DNA of 64,000 bases from Eledone cirrhosa (lineage: Eukaryota): positions 31,186,001 to 31,250,000 of the forward strand of contig OZ024752.1 of NCBI GenBank assembly GCA_964016885.1. The letters run 5' to 3'. This document shows positions 52,217 through 64,000 of the stretch, piece after piece. The translations under genes and the position numbers were made by a program. Under the pieces are notes generated by a model that was given only the letters and a program-made list of their open reading frames with translations, was not told the origin of the DNA and searched no databases. How positions within the stretch are numbered: position 1 is the stretch's first letter; every line of letters begins with the position of its first letter.

Positions 52217-52680
52217 AATTATCACGATAAAGCTTTGTAACCAAGGCACGAGACAACCACGTTTTTGTGAAAGTATAGTAGGCATGTATGGCCCCCATAA
52301 CTCCTGATGGAGTCGTAGGGGAAACGTATTGACATACTAGGGTATCATATTAAACCTGGCAGACCCCCATCTCCTTTCCTGGGCTTTTAGAAAGAGTACA
52401 GTCAATTATATTGACCTCAGTGCATGATTGCTACTGCATTTATTGATTCTGGAAGGATGAAAGGTAAAGTTGACTCTTAACTCCTGATCATGATGATGAT
52501 AACGATGGTGATGATGATACTGAAATATATACAAGTTCAGGAATAACGATATTTCATTTGATCCTACCTTAATATTCTATTTGGAGAATATACTTCAGTT
52601 GTGATGTTAAAATAGAGAAGTGCTGTAAGCAATGTCCGATACACCAACTGGTCTATATATATATATATTTATACACACAC

Positions 52681-52761
52681 ATAGGGTGTCCAAAAAAATG
52701 TATACACACTTTGATTAGAATGGTTTTGAAGTGTGATATATTTTTTTGGAACACCTTCTAT
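52681..52761. mobile_element. Short Tc1/mariner-like hairpin MITE
   Basis: TAGGGTGTCCAAAAAAATGTATACACACTT / AAGTGTGATATATTTTTTTGGAACACCTTCTA. Confidence 0.55.
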
Positions 52762-52949
52762 ATGATATATTCACTGGGGAGTTTTGATTTGTATTTCAAC
52801 TGTGTAAATGTCAGTAAAATGTAATTATCTCCAGGTAACACAGGTAACAAAAAGAAAGCTCTATAAACAAACTAAATAATGATAATAATAATAATAATAA
52901 TAAGCAAAGAGGGGAAACAAATGAAAACGCAAGGTGTGTGTGTATATAC

Positions 52950-58801
<5,852 letters not shown>

Positions 58802-58812
58802 AACCAGTAAGA

Positions 58813-58904
58813 CCCCGACAGCTGAGCTCAAGCCGTTTCGACGGCTAATTCTGGACTAAATGAAAATTTATCCTGGTATTTAAATAGCCGATCTTCTCAA
58901 GGGG
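58813..58904 (-). ncRNA. Variant type I hammerhead ribozyme in the 3' pLTR
   Basis: Minus strand CCCC-TTGAGAA-GATCGGCT..AGCCGTC-GAAA-CGGCT-TGAGCTC-AGCTG-TC-GGGG. Confidence 0.7.
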
Positions 58905-60013
58905 TAATTCCATATATGGTCAAAGTGATTGTCAAAAATCAGTAGTAATTCTGTGGTTGCAAATTAGTAGGGGAGATGGTGGCTAAACCTGCCAGTAGGA
59001 GAAAGAGGGGAGGGGGTGGAGTAGACCCAATCAAGCGTTGGTAGTGCCAGCTACAGCTGGGCATGAGGCCAAAGAAGATACAGGGGAGGGGGAGGGGGAG
59101 GAAGTCGGAACGGTAGGTAGAACAATGGGGGGTAGAAATAGGAAAGAAAAAATACTGTGAGTGAAGAAAAGCAAATAAGTGTAAAGAAAAAAGTAAAGTA
59201 AATTAAATTCTACGACCTAGGTGTCAGGCTATTGTTAGGCTAGAATAAAATAAAGAAAGAAAGAAAGAAGTAAAGAAATAAATAAATAAATAAATAACGA
59301 AATAAGTAAAAGAACTAGGTGGGACGAATTAGGCAAGGACCCTTTTAAGAGGTATAAGTACGTAAATGATACGGTGACGGGTCAACAAAAGGGGCCAAAA
59401 TACTAAAGAGACTACCACGAAATAAACAATAAAGGCTTCCATCCCGGGCCAACAACGACCCAGTGCAGCAAAGTGAACTTGTACGAGATAATAATTCTGA
59501 GTCCCGAGAAAAATATATACTAATGCTAACTCTAAAAGATCTAAAACAAGCTACATGAAGGTTCGTACGAAATAAAGGTAGAATACGGAGAAATAAATTC
59601 AGAATCCACCCCGCCCAGAAGAAAAGCGAAGCAAGAAATACTGAAACGAAAAAATAAGGCATAAGTGCCACTAAGAAATATAGAGGGCACAGAGAATAGT
59701 GGGAGCGGTCGGAAAAAGGGGGCAAGTATCCGGGGTCTAAGCCAACTGCTATAAAGGGCGGAGTCCGCCAAATCTATCATAGACTAGGGGAGGGGGTGGT
59801 GGGGGTACTAAGGCTACATGGGGCCAAAGGGCAGCCTCGGGTGGGCGAGAAAAGACGCCGACAAAGGAGAAGAGCTGGGGTAGAAGGACAAAGGAGAGAG
59901 GGGGGAAGGAAATAAAGGAAGCGATAAAAGAATACAAAGAAGATCTTACGTCTTCCTTGGCAAGCAGGGGTTACCCATTGCAAAATCGGCAAGTGGGGTG
60001 TTATAGCCCTAGT

Positions 60014-62167
60014 CTACCCCCCCGGGTCATTATGGGGTTTGAGGGCGAGGTAAGTCCTACGCAATCTATGTTTACATGCAGTAACCAGTTCATCTTTCTT
60101 GTTTAGGAGTTGGTCCGTCGAAAACAGCATTTGTAAAGTTTCCTCCGAGCATAAATTGCACGGACGGCGTCCTCCCGTGTAAGAATTGGCTCTGGACAGT
60201 AATCTCCAAGTGAGATCATAGGTGATGTTGTTGTCCTTGAGGTCCCATATGTGGCCCGAAAGTGTAGTGGCGTGACGCCGGGCCGGGTTTCGGAAGGTAT
60301 GTCTATGTTGGTATAGCCGGGTCTTGAAGTCACATGCGGTAAGTCCTATATAGGCTTTGTTGGAGGTATCCGTCCTCACGTTGCACTGGTAGATCACATT
60401 ACGGTCTCTGCATCTATTGTCGAGTGGGCAAATAGATCTATCCGGGCAGTTACACCTCCTGGTCGGTTCTCCACTGCTATTTAGGTTATTTCTGCCATCG
60501 GGGTTGAGATTTTTGTTGTTAGAGGAGACGATGTTTTGTGCGAAGTTTGGTGTAGTGCTGTAAGAGAGTTTGATGGTATTTTTGTTAATTATGTTGTGGT
60601 AGCGGTGTTGTAATGGGAAGTGTTTTTCAATGAGCCTAAAGAATAGTTTCCCGATGGGAGTAGTCACCTCTGCGTTGTGGGGAGGATTGAACCATGTTAC
60701 ATTGCGTGAGCGGCGGTGTCTCCTGCTGGTTCCGCTAATGGGAGCTGGACAGTAGGATATTTCCTCCCGGAAACCACTCCGGTTGAGGGCCTGGTTGTAA
60801 TAAGGCGCATGTTCATCGAATATCTGCTCATTAGCTGACAAACGGGATATGCGGAGGGAGATGTTTTTGACCAGGTTGTTTGTGATGTTCCTAGGATGGT
60901 TTGATCGGCGGTGGATGTAGTGCAGATTGTCATTAGGTTTCCTGTATGGGTAGTACAGGTCGTTTTCGAGGTCGAGGGTCACGTCCAGGAAGTTTACTCG
61001 GGTCAGGGACGTTTGTAGGGTTATTTTAAATCCCCAGTCGCGGAAGAATCTGATTAATTGTTTCCGGACCCGATCTGTACTACTGGGGTTGTACCCTTTA
61101 AGGGTAAGGAGCCCATCATCACGGTACAGTCCACCACCGAATGCAGGAAACATATCAGTGAGTTTGGCTATTAGGAATAATCCTATAAGATCTGTGACCT
61201 CAGCCGAATCCGTGGCGCCCATGCTGACGTCGAAGGGTGAGTCGGGAGCTCTTTTTATCCATTTAGAGTCGTCAAAGAGTAAGACTGTCTTCCTGGCGTG
61301 GAGGATGATTTTTCTTTCCTGGTCGGTGATGGGCACGAGTGTTTCGGCGAAGTCCAAGGCGGCAGTAAGTAGCGGTAAGGTGATTGAAGCATAGTAGCTC
61401 TCTATGTCGAACTGTATGAATTTAGTTTCTCGTTTATCCTCCATATTGCTGAACCAGGAGATTACTTCCTGGGTGTTGATCCATAGGCTAAGTCGGGTGT
61501 GTTGCTTGACTTTTGGTATCACGCGGTCTAGGATTTCTTTGCTGATTCTCCCTATGTCGGACTTCGTTGGGTTAATAAGCCTGATAGAGGGTTTACGGTC
61601 AAAATCGGATTTATGGTCCTTCAGTGTGAAGTATGGTGTCCGTGGGTCTAGAGGTTCCGTGCGGTCGGCGACCCCGAGGCTGGAGGTGATTTGTTGTCCA
61701 TCTCGATTTATGTCCTCGATGCAAGAGTGGTTGGCCTTTTTATAGGTGGAGTTTAGGCTGCTCCTGATCAGTGTGTGGTATCTGTCAGGGTTGACAAAGT
61801 ATAGGTTCCCAGTTTTATCCGAATGCACCATGATGTCATTTGTGTTATCATACTCTGTTAAGTTGCTACGGAGTGTTTGTAGGAATCGGTTGTGTCTGGG
61901 TTTAAATTTAATGTTCTTGACCAGTTGGAAGAGGTCATTCTCGAAGGGTGCGAGCAAGGGGTTCAGGGGCGGAGATTTGTAGGTAATAAATCCGAATCTC
62001 TCCTTGGTGCCGAAGTCTTGGTTGTCGCAATATCTGTCATAGAAGAAAGTTCTCCATCTAAGTCTTTTCGCAAATAGATCGATTTTTTGCGTGAGCATCC
62101 GAAGGTAAAGTTTTTTCGGTGGGATTGGGATGTTCTTGGTAGAGAAGTCAATGTTGTGTTTTCGCAT
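60014..62167 (-). CDS. PLE reverse transcriptase + GIY-YIG endonuclease, 717 aa from the first ATG (frame open up to 62314)
   Basis: N-terminal FSTKNIPIP..RLRW. RT motifs FIQFDIESYYASI, FDVSMGATDSAEVTDLIG, GLYRDDGL and NFLDVTLDL. CNCxxxxxCPLxxxC, then VIYQC..YIGLT..FKTRLYQH, CNLCSEE and LLNK. No internal stops. Confidence 0.95.
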   Translation of the reverse strand: MRKHNIDFSTKNIPIPPKKLYLRMLTQKIDLFAKRLRWRTFFYDRYCDNQDFGTKERFGFITYKSPPLNPLLAPFENDLFQLVKNIKFKPRHNRFLQTLRSNLTEYDNTNDIMVHSDKTGNLYFVNPDRYHTLIRSSLNSTYKKANHSCIEDINRDGQQITSSLGVADRTEPLDPRTPYFTLKDHKSDFDRKPSIRLINPTKSDIGRISKEILDRVIPKVKQHTRLSLWINTQEVISWFSNMEDKRETKFIQFDIESYYASITLPLLTAALDFAETLVPITDQERKIILHARKTVLLFDDSKWIKRAPDSPFDVSMGATDSAEVTDLIGLFLIAKLTDMFPAFGGGLYRDDGLLTLKGYNPSSTDRVRKQLIRFFRDWGFKITLQTSLTRVNFLDVTLDLENDLYYPYRKPNDNLHYIHRRSNHPRNITNNLVKNISLRISRLSANEQIFDEHAPYYNQALNRSGFREEISYCPAPISGTSRRHRRSRNVTWFNPPHNAEVTTPIGKLFFRLIEKHFPLQHRYHNIINKNTIKLSYSTTPNFAQNIVSSNNKNLNPDGRNNLNSSGEPTRRCNCPDRSICPLDNRCRDRNVIYQCNVRTDTSNKAYIGLTACDFKTRLYQHRHTFRNPARRHATTLSGHIWDLKDNNITYDLTWRLLSRANSYTGGRRPCNLCSEETLQMLFSTDQLLNKKDELVTACKHRLRRTYLALKPHNDPGG

Positions 62168-62353
62168 GGTGCGGGTGAAATGAATTGAGCTTAGCGGAAA
62201 AGTCTGGATACGGCGTGGTAGGGTCGGAAAGTGCTCTACTACGGGAGTAGGAGCTAGATAACGAAGGAAATGTGGTAAGGAACCAGGTGGACCATAACGC
62301 ACCAAAGTACTCAATACTTGAGGTAGTAGAGTGGGTAATAGGAACCAGTAAGA

Positions 62354-62445
62354 CCCCGACAGCTGAGCTCAAGCCGTTTCGACGGCTAATTCGGGACTAA
62401 ATGAAAATTTATCCTGGTATTTAAATAGCCGATCTTCTCAAGGGG
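62354..62445 (-). ncRNA. Variant type I hammerhead ribozyme in the 5' pLTR
   Basis: Near-identical copy of 58813-58904. Confidence 0.7.
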
Positions 62446-63203
62446 TAATTCCATATATGGTCAAAGTGATTGTCAAAAATCAGTAGTAATTCTGTGGTTG
62501 CAAATTAGTAGGGGAGATGGTGGCTAAACCTGCCAGTAGGAGAAAGAGGGGAGGGGGTGGAGTAGACCCAATCAAGCGTTGGTAGTGCCAGCTACAGCTG
62601 GGCATGAGGTCAAAGAAGATACAGGGGAGGGGGAGGGGGAGGAAGTCGGAACGGTAGGTAGAACAATGGGGGGTAGAAATAGGAAATAAAAAATACTGAG
62701 AGTGAAGAAAAGCAAATAAGTGTAAAGAAAAAAGTAAAGTAAATTAAATTCTACGACCTAGGTGTCAGGCTATTGTTAGGCTAGAATAAAATAAAGAAAG
62801 AAAGAAAGAAGTAAATAAATAAATAAATAAATAAATAACGAAATAAGTAAAAGAACTAGGTGGTACATGCAGTAACCAGTTCATCTTTCTTGTTTAGGAG
62901 TTGGTCCGTCGAAAACAGCATTTGTAAAGTTTCCTCCGAGCATAAATTGCACGGACAGCGTCCTCCCGTGTAAGAAATGGCTCTGGACAGTAATCTCCAA
63001 GTGAGATCATAGGTGATGTTGTTGTCCTTGAGGTCCCATATGTGGCCCGAAAGTGTAGTGGCGTGACGCCGGGTCGGGTTTCGGAAGGTATGTCTATGTT
63101 GGTATAGCCGGGTCTTGAAGTCACATGCGGTAAGTCCTATATAGGCTTTGTTGGAGGTAACCGTCCTCACGTTGCACTGGTAGATCACATTACGGTCTCT
63201 GCA

Positions 63204-63626
63204 ACCAGATAGTTGTTTATATATATAGTCATAGTCCTTTCGTCACACACTCTGTGACCTCTTCAGTGACAGGGGATTCCTTTCTTCGTTTCTGTGCCTT
63301 TCCTTTCTTCTATCCTACGCCATTTTGTTTCTGTGTGTGTGTTGTGTGCTCAGTTTGCGCATGCGTCACATCCGGGTGTCTGTGTGTGTTTGTGTTCATT
63401 TTTCTATTTTTCTATTTCTATTTTTCTATTTGTTTATTTATTTATTTATTTATTGTTGGTTGGTTGTTTGTTCTATGTGTGTGTGTTTTCATTTTGTGTG
63501 TGTTTTCATTTTGTGTGTGTTTTCAATTGTAAGTTGTTTGTTCTATGTGTGTGTGTGTTTTCATTTTGTCCTTAGTTGTAAGTTGTGATGTTGCTGTTCC
63601 ACTCATATTTTCTATATATATATATA

Positions 63627-63675
<49 letters not shown>

Positions 63676-64000
63676 AAATGAAAACACACACACACATAGA
63701 ACAAACAACTTACAATTGAAAACACACACAAAATGAAAACACACACAGGACAAAATGAAAACACACACACACATAGAACAAACAACCAACCAACAATAAA
63801 TAAATAAATAAATAAACAAATAGAAAAATATAAATAGAAAAATAGAAAAATGAACACAAACACACACAGACACCCGGATGTGGCGCATGCGCAAACTGAG
63901 CACACAACACACACACAGAAACAAAATGGCGTAGGATAGAAGAAAGGAAAGGCACAGAAACGAAGAAAGGAATCCCCAGTCACTGAAGAGGTCACACAGT
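63204..64000. mobile_element. Inverted pair of PLE terminal fragments (family of 56543-57095), runs off the window
   Basis: 63243-63565 is inverted at ~63675-64000. HHR on - at ~63226-63270. The + copy AGTCACTGAAGAGGTCAC is cut by the edge. Confidence 0.85.

Noticed and set aside
59323-60072. Spliced intron explaining the deletion in the upstream PLE copy
   Set aside because: On the element strand the deleted segment reads AACA..CGTC, not GT..AG.

Overview
AT-rich, repeat-saturated eukaryotic DNA. The SINE types and long (TA)n tracts look like an octopus/cephalopod genome (inference, no search run). One host gene is supported: six phase-0 coding exons (15406-32323, + strand) of an 8-cysteine TspanC8-type tetraspanin, whose first coding exon I could not find. 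The rest is mobile and tandem DNA: an intact-ORF Naiad-type Penelope-like element (PLE; RT + GIY-YIG, - strand, 58797-63203) with pseudo-LTRs, the 3' end of a Neptune-type PLE at the left edge, many PLE terminal fragments sitting as fold-back palindromes in (TA)n and carrying hammerhead ribozyme (HHR) motifs, tRNA-derived SINE clusters, RTE and CR1/L2-type LINE ends, piggyBac-, hAT- and mariner-type MITEs, a Helentron-like element, a U6 copy fused to a retroposon tail, and several minisatellites including a 6 kb 63-bp array born from a SINE head. The most notable points are a variant HHR (U3-A8 core, long stem II insert, palindromic loop III) in the Naiad pLTR, the HHR-bearing fold-backs, and the U6-tail chimera. 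Most long ORFs in the track are tandem-repeat artefacts. Repeat boundaries are approximate unless a junction is quoted.
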